DNA of 64,000 nucleotides from a virus. Of this stretch, positions 55,519 to 64,000 are shown piece by piece. The translations under genes were made by a program, and so were the position numbers. The DNA lies in IMG/VR virus record IMGVR_UViG_3300031857_000029. One strand, written 5' to 3'. Positions within the stretch are counted from its first letter, which is position 1. The number at the start of each line of letters is the position of its first letter. The notes below the pieces were generated by a model. It was given only the letters and a program-made list of their open reading frames with translations. It made no database searches and was not told the DNA's origin.

Positions 55519-56530
55519 ACAAGCACTCACCTACGACGATATCCAGTTGATTCCTGCATACTCGGATATTGAATCTCGTCAGAATATTGACCTATCTACC
55601 CAATTGACTACTAATTATAGGATTAGGGTTCCACTTGTTGCATCTCCAATGGACACGGTATGTGATAGTGAAATGGCAATCGCAATGGCAGCACTTGGTG
55701 GAATTGGATGTATCCATCGTTTTTATACAATTGAAGAAGAAGCCGAACAGGTACTTAAGGTTGCCAATAATGTAAAGAACAAGGATTGGTTTACACCGCA
55801 TGTGATGGCAGCAGTCGGTGCTAATGGTGATTACTTAGAACGAGCACAAGAATTGGTTAAAAGCGGAGCCAATATTATTTTGATTGATGTTGCACACGGG
55901 TACCATAAGTTTGTAGTAGATGCAATTCGTACTATGAAGAACACTCTTCCTTCACATATTGATATTGTTGCAGGAAATGTTGCAACTGGTGATGCGGCTC
56001 TTAGGTTACAAGAAGAAGGAGCTGATGCAATTCGTGTTGGGATTGGTGGTGGGTCACTTTGTACTACCCGTATCAAAACGGGATTTGGTGTTCCAAATGT
56101 GACATCGTTGATTAATTGTTCACATGCAGTCCAAGTTCCGATTATCGCATGTGGTGGTATTCGGAATGGTGGTGACATTGCGAAGGCACTGGGAGTTGGA
56201 GCAAATTCCGTTATCCTCGGTTCACTTATCGCAGGAACGAAGGAAGCCCCAGGTCCAATGATTGAGAAGGCAAATGGGTTGTATAAGCGGTATCGTGGTG
56301 CGGCATCGTTGGAAACAAAGAGTATCCACGGTCAAGCAACACGGAATGTTGAAGGTGAATCAACTATCGTACCATTTAAGGGTAAGGTGAAGTTTGTGGT
56401 GGATGGACTTCTTGACGGATTGCGTTCTGCATTATCTTATGCTGGTGCAAACAATCTTCGGGAGTATTTTCCAGAATATGTGGTGGTGACTAATGCCGGG
56501 GTTCGTGAGGCACAACCACATTTACTCTAA
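55499..56530 (+). CDS. guaB: IMP dehydrogenase/GMP reductase family, no CBS domains
   Basis: LTYDDI, ASPMDTV, IDVAHG, GIGGGSLCTTR, YRGAAS, VEG. Confidence 0.85.
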   Translation: MTQLHGKQALTYDDIQLIPAYSDIESRQNIDLSTQLTTNYRIRVPLVASPMDTVCDSEMAIAMAALGGIGCIHRFYTIEEEAEQVLKVANNVKNKDWFTPHVMAAVGANGDYLERAQELVKSGANIILIDVAHGYHKFVVDAIRTMKNTLPSHIDIVAGNVATGDAALRLQEEGADAIRVGIGGGSLCTTRIKTGFGVPNVTSLINCSHAVQVPIIACGGIRNGGDIAKALGVGANSVILGSLIAGTKEAPGPMIEKANGLYKRYRGAASLETKSIHGQATRNVEGESTIVPFKGKVKFVVDGLLDGLRSALSYAGANNLREYFPEYVVVTNAGVREAQPHLL

Positions 56531-56541
56531 TAGGAGGATAT

Positions 56542-57069
56542 ATGAAGTACCTTTCTATTCTTACGGTAGCATTAATGGTTTTGTTAGCAGGGACAATTAA
56601 GAAGGTCCATATACCAGATGGCATCGTGCGGTCAGAACCAACAGAATTGGAAAAGTTCCTTGACCATATGGCGCAAAGGGAGAGCGACAATACTCCGCAT
56701 GTAGTTAATCGGTTTGGTATGATGGGAAAGTATCAATTTGACCCACGCACGGTTAAGGTGCTGGGGTTCAATATATCAAAGAATCAATTCCTACGCAATC
56801 CTGAATTACAGGACAGCGTGATGGTGAAGTATATGAGAGAGAATAACTCTCTACTGGACCGTATTATCGAAAATTACGAAGGTAAAAAGTTTAAGGGAGT
56901 TCGTATTACCCGTTCTGGTGTTCTCGCCGCCGCTCATTTGGCTGGTGCGGGGAATGTGAAGAAGTATTTTGTGAACGGAGATATGCATGGTCGAACGGAT
57001 GCAAACGGAACTTCAATTCGTGATTATTTAGAAGAATTCAACAAGTATAAATTACGGGAAAATTTCTAA
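56542..57069 (+). CDS. lysozyme-fold/lytic transglycosylase-like protein with signal anchor
   Basis: RES...VNRFGMMGKYQF, LAAAHLAG. Confidence 0.65.
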   Translation: MKYLSILTVALMVLLAGTIKKVHIPDGIVRSEPTELEKFLDHMAQRESDNTPHVVNRFGMMGKYQFDPRTVKVLGFNISKNQFLRNPELQDSVMVKYMRENNSLLDRIIENYEGKKFKGVRITRSGVLAAAHLAGAGNVKKYFVNGDMHGRTDANGTSIRDYLEEFNKYKLRENF

Positions 57070-57362
57070 TGTTAATATTTTTGGTTGCACTCTTGACAAT
57101 TCTAGTTGCGGTGTTATCTTTCGCAACATATAACCTGTTAAGAAAGAACGAAGAATTAGAAGATGTCATCAATCAGTTTTATGGTCGAACAAATGCGACT
57201 GTAAGACTGATGAGGCATTTTGATGACCGTCAAATCTTTGAACAAGATGACGAAGTAGGAAATGTTTTTAAACAATTGGTAGAATGTGTAGATTTATTAT
57301 ACGCATTCGTTACGGAGACACGTAATGGCGACAACAACTCCAGCGAGGAAGAAGAACGATAA
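57069..57362 (+). CDS. membrane-anchored hypothetical protein
   Basis: N-terminal TM, FEQDDEVG. Confidence 0.65.
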   Translation: MLIFLVALLTILVAVLSFATYNLLRKNEELEDVINQFYGRTNATVRLMRHFDDRQIFEQDDEVGNVFKQLVECVDLLYAFVTETRNGDNNSSEEEER

Positions 57363-58071
57363 GGTCTATTTCACAGAAGAAACTGAAAAGGCAATAATCG
57401 CATACAATAAATCTGAAGATTTAGATGTAAGAGAACAATTATTTAGAAGTAAAATACAAGGACCGCTTGATAAGCTAGCAGAGAATGTTATCAATCGGTT
57501 CAAATTTCCATATATGGAGGGTACCTTCGATGAAATCAAAGCGCAGGTAGTCTCCTTTCTGGTTATCAATCTTCATAAATTTACTGAAGATAAGGGTAAA
57601 GCGTTTTCATATTTTAGTGTTATTGCTAAAAATTATTTGATTTTACACAATAATAACTCCTATAAGGAAGAAAAACGAGTACTGTACTTCTCAGACCAAA
57701 CGGAAGATTCATTTAGTTTGGAAGAAATGCTTGTCGTAGAGCCGGAAACACGGGATTCTACAGTAGACATGAAGGAATTCCTAAAACTGTTGGTAGAATA
57801 CTGGGAATTCAATCTTGACCGCTTTTTTAAGAAGAAACGAGACAAGGAAATTGCAGCTGCGATAGTTAAACTCATCGAACGTATTGATAATATTGACAAT
57901 TTCAACAAAAAGGCCCTCTATCTTATGGTAAGGGAAATGACCAATTATAAGACTGCTCATATCACGAAGGTTATTAACAAGATGCGACCCCAAATTTTGA
58001 AGATGTTGAGGGAATTTAGACGAAACGGACATATTTCAGACCCTACTACATATTTCTCATATAAAAAGTAA
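57325..58071 (+). CDS. phage sigma-factor-like protein (T4 gp55-like late sigma)
   Basis: YFTEETE, KLAENVINRFKF, LHKFTEDKGKAFSYFSVIAKNY (region-2-like). Confidence 0.7.
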   Translation: MATTTPARKKNDKVYFTEETEKAIIAYNKSEDLDVREQLFRSKIQGPLDKLAENVINRFKFPYMEGTFDEIKAQVVSFLVINLHKFTEDKGKAFSYFSVIAKNYLILHNNNSYKEEKRVLYFSDQTEDSFSLEEMLVVEPETRDSTVDMKEFLKLLVEYWEFNLDRFFKKKRDKEIAAAIVKLIERIDNIDNFNKKALYLMVREMTNYKTAHITKVINKMRPQILKMLREFRRNGHISDPTTYFSYKK

Positions 58072-58098
58072 ATCCTATCTATTTATAATATAGGATTT
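58070..58098 (+). promoter_or_regulatory. late-promoter motif inside a hairpin loop
   Basis: AAATCCTAT-CTATTTATAAT-ATAGGATTT. Confidence 0.6.
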
Positions 58099-58110
58099 TA
58101 GGGGGTCTTT

Positions 58111-58494
58111 ATGGATATCAATTCGGAACTGTATGATGGGAAGAGTTTAGCCGACATCTTCACCGAAATACACAAAAACACTGACAGTAAACGGGCACAA
58201 ATCAACTCGTTTATTATGAAAATGGTCCAACTCATTCGCACTCCAGAAGATGCGGCTGTGATTGGACCAATTGTGCAGGGATTCTTGGAAGTGAACGTCA
58301 AAAATGACGAACACTTGGTTCGTGTCGCACAAATTGCACAACGAATCGTGTCAGTTGGGGTCAAATCCAACGCATCATTAGAGGGATTACTATCAGAATC
58401 AGAGAAGGAAGCATTACTTAAGGATATCACAACGGAAATCCAAGACCTTCAAGAAGATGTGAAGGACTTGGATGATGTTTTTGCGGAGAAGTAA
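58111..58494 (+). CDS. hypothetical helical protein
   Basis: First gene of the structural operon. Confidence 0.7.
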   Translation: MDINSELYDGKSLADIFTEIHKNTDSKRAQINSFIMKMVQLIRTPEDAAVIGPIVQGFLEVNVKNDEHLVRVAQIAQRIVSVGVKSNASLEGLLSESEKEALLKDITTEIQDLQEDVKDLDDVFAEK

Positions 58495-59871
58495 GTGTCA
58501 TCTTTTGGACCAACTGCATACAACATAGATATCAACCAACTGGGAGCTTCACAGTTCCCAAGATTTGCTGTATCACAACCAACCCCATATCAAGACGGAT
58601 TAGTTGAGGATGTTATTCTAAACGAGTTACACCCACAATACGCAGCTGATGGAAGTAATGTAGGTATGGTGCAAGTACGATTCATTCCAGGTGACCGTGG
58701 TGTTCCAAAAGAAAAATTAAACTGGGTAGCTCCGATAGACTCCAGTATACGAGAATATCCGTTAAAAAACGAACTAGTATTGGTGTTTTATTCATTAGGT
58801 AGATTGTTTTATACCCGTAGAATTAATTCTACAAACAAAACCACGGAAAGTTCTTGGCCAGGATTAAGTGAACGATTCTCGCCACAAGTTCGATCAGACA
58901 ATAGAAGTGATGCAGCTCAAATTGCTGCACAAGGTGGTACTCCATATCGTCCGTGGGGAATGAAACAACAATTTAGTTTGGGTGATGAATTTAGTGAAAA
59001 TCCTGCAGTTCGTATGGTTCGTCCAAATGAAGGTGATTTAATCATACAAGGACGATTTGGGAATACTGTTCGGTTTGGTTCTAGTTTGTTCAGTAATCCA
59101 AATACCGCATCACCACAACCAAATCTAATATTTTCGGTTGGGCAAAGTCCAAATAAGGTTACATCTATTGATATTAATAACGATGGTACTAACGAAACTG
59201 TTGCTGGGGGTCCATACGGATTAACCTACGAAGATATCAATAAAGATAAAAGTAGTTTTTGGATGGTAGTGGATGAAAAAATAGTACTTGACCCCGCAAC
59301 CAAATCTACTATAGCGCACCTACGGTCAACAGAATCATCCGACTCTACCAAATACACCGGAGCACAGATTTTTCTAAATTCTGATAGAGTCATTTTAAAC
59401 AGTAAAGTAAATGAAATATCGTTGTTTGCGAAAAAAGAAATCAACCTAAGTGCAGTAGAGTCAATTACGATAGATTCAGCAAAATCAGTGTTTATTACGG
59501 CAGAACGAGATATTGAAATATCCACGCCCAGAGATTTGGTACTCTCAGGCCGTTCTGTTAGTATAAATGTGACAAATGATATAGCTCAGGGAACCTCAGG
59601 AAACTACATAATATCGGGTAAAAAGATATTTATAGGGGCGTCACCAAACGATACAACACAACCAATGGTGTTGGGCGGTGAGTTGGCAGCATGGTTACAG
59701 AATTTAATGGACGCATTTATTGTAGAAATACCTAAATCTATTGCTACACTAAATCCAGTCCCATTTGTCAAAGCTATAACTGAATTACGGATAAAACTCG
59801 GAGCACCGGGCATTCCACAAGCGGCTATATTCAATAGTACTAGTAACTTTACTTCTAAAACTAACGACTGA
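58495..59871 (+). CDS. baseplate hub/spike (gp5-like) protein
   Basis: YPLKNELV, EGDLIIQGRFGNTVRFG, NSDRVILNSK beta-helix repeats, upstream of gp25. Confidence 0.7.
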   Translation: MSSFGPTAYNIDINQLGASQFPRFAVSQPTPYQDGLVEDVILNELHPQYAADGSNVGMVQVRFIPGDRGVPKEKLNWVAPIDSSIREYPLKNELVLVFYSLGRLFYTRRINSTNKTTESSWPGLSERFSPQVRSDNRSDAAQIAAQGGTPYRPWGMKQQFSLGDEFSENPAVRMVRPNEGDLIIQGRFGNTVRFGSSLFSNPNTASPQPNLIFSVGQSPNKVTSIDINNDGTNETVAGGPYGLTYEDINKDKSSFWMVVDEKIVLDPATKSTIAHLRSTESSDSTKYTGAQIFLNSDRVILNSKVNEISLFAKKEINLSAVESITIDSAKSVFITAERDIEISTPRDLVLSGRSVSINVTNDIAQGTSGNYIISGKKIFIGASPNDTTQPMVLGGELAAWLQNLMDAFIVEIPKSIATLNPVPFVKAITELRIKLGAPGIPQAAIFNSTSNFTSKTND

Positions 59872-59873
59872 TT

Positions 59874-60428
59874 ATGGCAATACCTAGTAACTTATTACCA
59901 ATAAATAATCCGTTTAGAGCAGAGGTAGAGGAACTTCCAACTATATCACCACCAACTACTGGAGTTTCGGGAGTACCAAGTAATTTACTACCAGTTAACA
60001 CCAGTAATATTTCTGGTTCGTTCCAATCGTTGGCGGGAAATATACCAACAGCTAATATACCCGAAATACCACAGTTTTCAATACTAAACACGGTTATACC
60101 AGATAGATTATTTACTACGGGAAGTATTGACCAAGTTAGAGCACGAACCCTAAATGCAGCAAGTACATATACCGGTGGGTTACCGGCATTACCAACGCTT
60201 CCAACAGTAAATTCATTTATACCATCAAGACCTCGAATACCATCATACGGTCAAATTAAGAACTATATCAAAACTAAGATAGACAGAATTAAACAACGAA
60301 AACAACAAGCATCTGTAAAAGCATTAGATTCAGAACTTAAAAAACAAGAAAATCCGTTCAAGTATAGACAGTCGTTAAAAAACCAAGAAACAAAAAGCAC
60401 GGTTCTTGGACGATTTAATAACCAGTAG
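59874..60428 (+). CDS. Pro-rich hypothetical protein
   Basis: ORF in structural operon. Confidence 0.65.
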   Translation: MAIPSNLLPINNPFRAEVEELPTISPPTTGVSGVPSNLLPVNTSNISGSFQSLAGNIPTANIPEIPQFSILNTVIPDRLFTTGSIDQVRARTLNAASTYTGGLPALPTLPTVNSFIPSRPRIPSYGQIKNYIKTKIDRIKQRKQQASVKALDSELKKQENPFKYRQSLKNQETKSTVLGRFNNQ

Positions 60429-60439
60429 AGGGTAATATT

Positions 60440-60796
60440 ATGGATAAAGCATTATTCAGAGCGTATGTCAAGGAATTGGTCAAAGAACAAATTGAAGAAT
60501 CGGTTGAAAAGGCCGTAAAAAAGATTCTTCCAGAAGTTCTTGGGGAAGCTATTGCAGAAATTAAGAGTAGTCAACCAAATAAGGTAAACGAAGCAGCTAC
60601 TGCTAAACCAAAACTTTCTCGTAGTCAACTAGCTGCAATGATGGGACTAGAACGCCATGGTGATACCATTACGGCAACATCAAAGAATGTGGGTCCAGTA
60701 ATGCAAGCTCCACAAGGTATGACTGAAGATAATCCTACGCTACAAGCTATCAATAGAGACTATTCTGCTCTAATGAAAGCAATGAAGTTGACCTGA
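60440..60796 (+). CDS. hypothetical protein
   Basis: GAGG RBS, RDYSALMKAM motif. Confidence 0.7.
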   Translation: MDKALFRAYVKELVKEQIEESVEKAVKKILPEVLGEAIAEIKSSQPNKVNEAATAKPKLSRSQLAAMMGLERHGDTITATSKNVGPVMQAPQGMTEDNPTLQAINRDYSALMKAMKLT

Positions 60797-60808
60797 TTGG
60801 AGATATAA

Positions 60809-61294
60809 ATGGCTCAGAAGTTTATTGGTATCACATTACCAGTTCGGTTAGGACAAACAGGAATGTTTGACCAATCAACAACGGTAATTCAACAAGTTCG
60901 TTCTAACTTTAAGAATTTGATTCTTACGAAGAAGGGAGAACGGGTTGGGCAACCAGATTTGGGGTGCGACTTGTGGAAAATATTATTTGAACCATTAACT
61001 GAAGAGACATTAGAAAATGCTCGATTAGCAGTAGCGGAAGCAGTAGACCGGTGGTTACCATTTATTGAATTAATAGATTTTCAAATTACTAAAACAGATG
61101 ATGAAAATATTATCAGTATAAAATGTTTATACAGATTCAGAAATAACCCAAATGTAACCGACCAAATAACATTAGCAGCACAACAATTTGGTGCACCAAC
61201 AGTTGGGTTTACAGAAGTTCCAGAAGATGCTGTACCTACACAAGCAGAAATTACAGCGCTTGAAAACGCTCGTCGTATTAGAAGACTTAATTAA
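60809..61294 (+). CDS. baseplate wedge subunit, gp25/GpW-like
   Basis: NLILTKKGERVGQPDLGCDL..LFEP. Confidence 0.88.
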   Translation: MAQKFIGITLPVRLGQTGMFDQSTTVIQQVRSNFKNLILTKKGERVGQPDLGCDLWKILFEPLTEETLENARLAVAEAVDRWLPFIELIDFQITKTDDENIISIKCLYRFRNNPNVTDQITLAAQQFGAPTVGFTEVPEDAVPTQAEITALENARRIRRLN

Positions 61295-61307
61295 TTTGGA
61301 GTTTTAA

Positions 61308-63233
61308 ATGGCAACAAATCAATCAGTAATTATACAACCAAGACCAAATGTCAAGCAAATTAATTATGTCTCAAAGACGTTCACGGACTTTAGACAAAAC
61401 TTAATAGAATTTGCTAAAGCATATTACCCAAACGCATACTCAGATTTTAATGAAACTTCACCTGGTATGATGTTTATTGAAATGGCATCATATATTGGTG
61501 ATGTCCTTTCATTTTATATTGATAATCAATTTAAAGAAAACTTGTTAGCATATGCTGAACAACAAGAAAATGTCATTTCTATCTCACAATTCCTCGGATA
61601 CAAACCAAAATTAGTTTCACCGTCTACAGTGGTAGCAACATTATATCAATTAGCACCAGCAATACTTGATAATGGTGTTTATGTACCGGACCCACGATAT
61701 TTGATTAAAGTAGCACGGGGAAGTACATTCACTACAAGCGGACAAACCTCAGTTCAATTCAGATTGGGTGAGGATGTATATTTCTCAGACATTACCGCAG
61801 AAAACTATATAATTAATACATTTACTGGTGGTGGTAATCCTGACACATTTATTGTTAGTAAACCGGCCCTATTGGTATCAGCTGAAGAAAGAACAACCAC
61901 ATTTTCTTTTGGAAGCGCACAAAAGTTTACCTCTGTACTAATGCCAGAGGAATCTATCATTGGTATTGAAAGTGTGGTTGATTCGAACGGTAATACTTGG
62001 TACGAAGTTGACTACTTAGCACAAGATGTGATTATGGATGACCTAGATGTTACTGATAATGGTGAAACAGGAATTTTACCATCATCTAAGTTACGACTTC
62101 GCAGAGTTCCTCGCAGATTTGTTACCAGACTGAACAGAGATTCACGAATGGAATTAGTCTTTGGTTCGGGAACCGATAACGAAGCCGAAGTAAATACGAC
62201 ATTAGACTCTAGACAAGTAGCAAATTCTCAGTATGGAAATACTATAGAAGATACATTAGGTAATGTAGCTATTAATAATGTAAACTTTCTTAATAGCAAT
62301 GCTTACGGAATAGCTCCAGCGAACATAACACTAACAGTAACTTATTTGGTTGGCGGTGGGGTAAATGCCAATACTCCTTCCAATACAATTAATGTTGTAG
62401 CTGAAACAACCACATTAAATGACACAACGGATTATACACAAGCAGAACTTAGTACATTTAATGCAGCAGTGCAAAGTATCACTATTAACAACGACCTACC
62501 AGCTACTGGCGGTGGTGAAGGTGAATCTATAGACGAAATTCGTGAAAACGCATTGGCGTTCTTTAATGCACAAAATCGTGTAGTTACTGTAGAAGATTAT
62601 GCAGTTCGTTCTTACGCACTACCTTCACGGTTTGGTCGTATAGCAAAAGCCTTTGCAGTAAGAGATGAACAGATTAACAGAATATTAGCAGCACAAAATG
62701 ACAAAGTGTATGTAGATAATCCAGTGCGTCCAAATGTAATAAACTTGTACACATTAGGATATGATACTAATGGTAATTTAGATGAATTAAATACATTGGT
62801 TAAAGAAAATTTAGCACGATATCTTGAACAGTTTAGAATGTTAACCGATGATGTTAATATTCTCGATGCATTTATTATCAATATCGGCGTACAATTTGAC
62901 ATCTCTGTACTAAGAAATTACAATGTAAATGATGTTGTCGCACGAAGTATTGGGGCTGTACAAGATTTTTTTGATACAAGTAAATGGAACATCAATCAAC
63001 CAATCATCTTAGCAGATTTGTCATACAATATTGGATTGGTAGAGGGGGTCCAGACAGTAAAGAGTGTTCGTATCTTCAACAGATATGAATACAGAGATGG
63101 TCTTGGATATCAAAATTATCGATATAATATTGACGAAGCCACAATCAATGGGGTTATCTATCCAAGTCTCGACCCAAGTATCTTTGAGTTGAAATATCCA
63201 ACAACTGATATTATAGGAAACGCTACCCAATGA
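61308..63233 (+). CDS. baseplate wedge subunit, T4 gp6-like (baseplate J family)
   Basis: YSDFNETSPGMMFIE, GDVLSFYID, GGGEGESIDEIR, QNRVVTVEDY. Confidence 0.88.
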   Translation: MATNQSVIIQPRPNVKQINYVSKTFTDFRQNLIEFAKAYYPNAYSDFNETSPGMMFIEMASYIGDVLSFYIDNQFKENLLAYAEQQENVISISQFLGYKPKLVSPSTVVATLYQLAPAILDNGVYVPDPRYLIKVARGSTFTTSGQTSVQFRLGEDVYFSDITAENYIINTFTGGGNPDTFIVSKPALLVSAEERTTTFSFGSAQKFTSVLMPEESIIGIESVVDSNGNTWYEVDYLAQDVIMDDLDVTDNGETGILPSSKLRLRRVPRRFVTRLNRDSRMELVFGSGTDNEAEVNTTLDSRQVANSQYGNTIEDTLGNVAINNVNFLNSNAYGIAPANITLTVTYLVGGGVNANTPSNTINVVAETTTLNDTTDYTQAELSTFNAAVQSITINNDLPATGGGEGESIDEIRENALAFFNAQNRVVTVEDYAVRSYALPSRFGRIAKAFAVRDEQINRILAAQNDKVYVDNPVRPNVINLYTLGYDTNGNLDELNTLVKENLARYLEQFRMLTDDVNILDAFIINIGVQFDISVLRNYNVNDVVARSIGAVQDFFDTSKWNINQPIILADLSYNIGLVEGVQTVKSVRIFNRYEYRDGLGYQNYRYNIDEATINGVIYPSLDPSIFELKYPTTDIIGNATQ

Positions 63234-64000
63234 GAACCATATTAACCGCCAGTAAAGATACTACATTATACCAAGCGTTTGTAAACAACAACGCTGGATT
63301 AGATGAAATACTTGAAATAGGTAAGGTCATAGATATATCCGAACCTACTAGCTCGACTGCATATGCAACGGGTTCAGCGCGGTCGTTGCTATATTTTGAA
63401 TTACCAACCACAGCAAGTGTACCAGCAACCGCTAGTTATTTCTTGAACTTAAAGTTAGCAAATGCAGATAATGTTAAGAGAAATCAACAAATTCTTATTT
63501 ATAAAGTTTCTCGGTCGTGGGATGAAGGTAGTGGATTCTTTTATCAAGATATAGAAAATGTAGAAGACGGTGCATCGTGGGCAAGATGTACTTCTGCGGT
63601 GTCGTGGAGTAGTGCGGGTGGTGATTTCTTAACGGGGTCAACTAGCCAAAGTGTCGTTCTATCATCATACCCACTTCAAGATATTCGCGTAGATGTTACA
63701 AACATTCTACAACCATTCGTTAGTCAATCTATACAAAATACCTTTCATGGGTTGGGATTACGTTTTCCAATTGCCGATGAACAAGATTCTACAAATAAAG
63801 GAAATATTAAAATATTTTCAACACAAACGCACACTATACATCAACCAACATTAGAAGTTGTATGGGAAACACAAACAGTAGTCACGGGAAGTTTATTACC
63901 AATTTCAACACTAAATGTAAAAGTTGTTGCATCTAATTTACGAGAAACATATACAAAAGGTGATGTCGATAAGGTAACTTTGGTAGTTCGTGACCAATAC
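63230..64000 (+). CDS. virion structural protein (DNRLRE-like domain), truncated by window end
   Basis: Hand-read MRTILTASKDTTLYQ...NAGLDEILEIGK...SRSWDEGSG; no stop seen before the end. Confidence 0.65.
   Translation, partial: MRTILTASKDTTLYQAFVNNNAGLDEILEIGKVIDISEPTSSTAYATGSARSLLYFELPTTASVPATASYFLNLKLANADNVKRNQQILIYKVSRSWDEGSGFFYQDIENVEDGASWARCTSAVSWSSAGGDFLTGSTSQSVVLSSYPLQDIRVDVTNILQPFVSQSIQNTFHGLGLRFPIADEQDSTNKGNIKIFSTQTHTIHQPTLEVVWETQTVVTGSLLPISTLNVKVVASNLRETYTKGDVDKVTLVVRDQY

Overview
This window looks like part of a large myovirus-like (jumbo/huge) phage genome using the standard genetic code; no cellular housekeeping genes were seen. Layout: (1) 0.5-10.1 kb, minus-strand late operon with a Gly-Ser/Thr collagen-like tail fibre (C-terminal peptidase-S74 chaperone), two small virion-type proteins and three glycosyltransferase genes, one a GT4 fused to an autotransporter O-heptosyltransferase (Aah/TibC-like) domain and one a GT4-FkbM methyltransferase fusion. 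(2) 10.3-15.5 kb, vWA/HExxH protein and MoxR-type AAA ATPase behind the same 23-bp operator, split by an AT-rich cassette. (3) 16-26.6 kb, GC-rich early/host-takeover-like region of short genes with about 10 sigma70-type promoters, several repeated DNA motifs and a probable stand-alone small RNA. (4) 30.4-36.6 and 47.7-48.8 kb, 29 tRNA genes covering all 20 amino acids, including rare Ser(ACT), Ile(TAT) and Arg(TCG), plus a degenerate tRNA-Gly with non-proteinogenic features, and a tmRNA at 49.5 kb. (5) 36.7-45.8 kb, a secreted/envelope module (CsgG-like proteins, cohesin-dockerin protein, lipoprotein, membrane proteins, nuclease, lipase) ending in a GH19 endolysin and an amidase. (6) Auxiliary genes purA, UDP-Glc dehydrogenase-like, HNH, HD, Hsp20, uvsE, GT2, IMPDH/GMPR. 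(7) gp55-like late sigma factor and baseplate genes. All product calls are from motif recognition by eye; no database search or folding was run.
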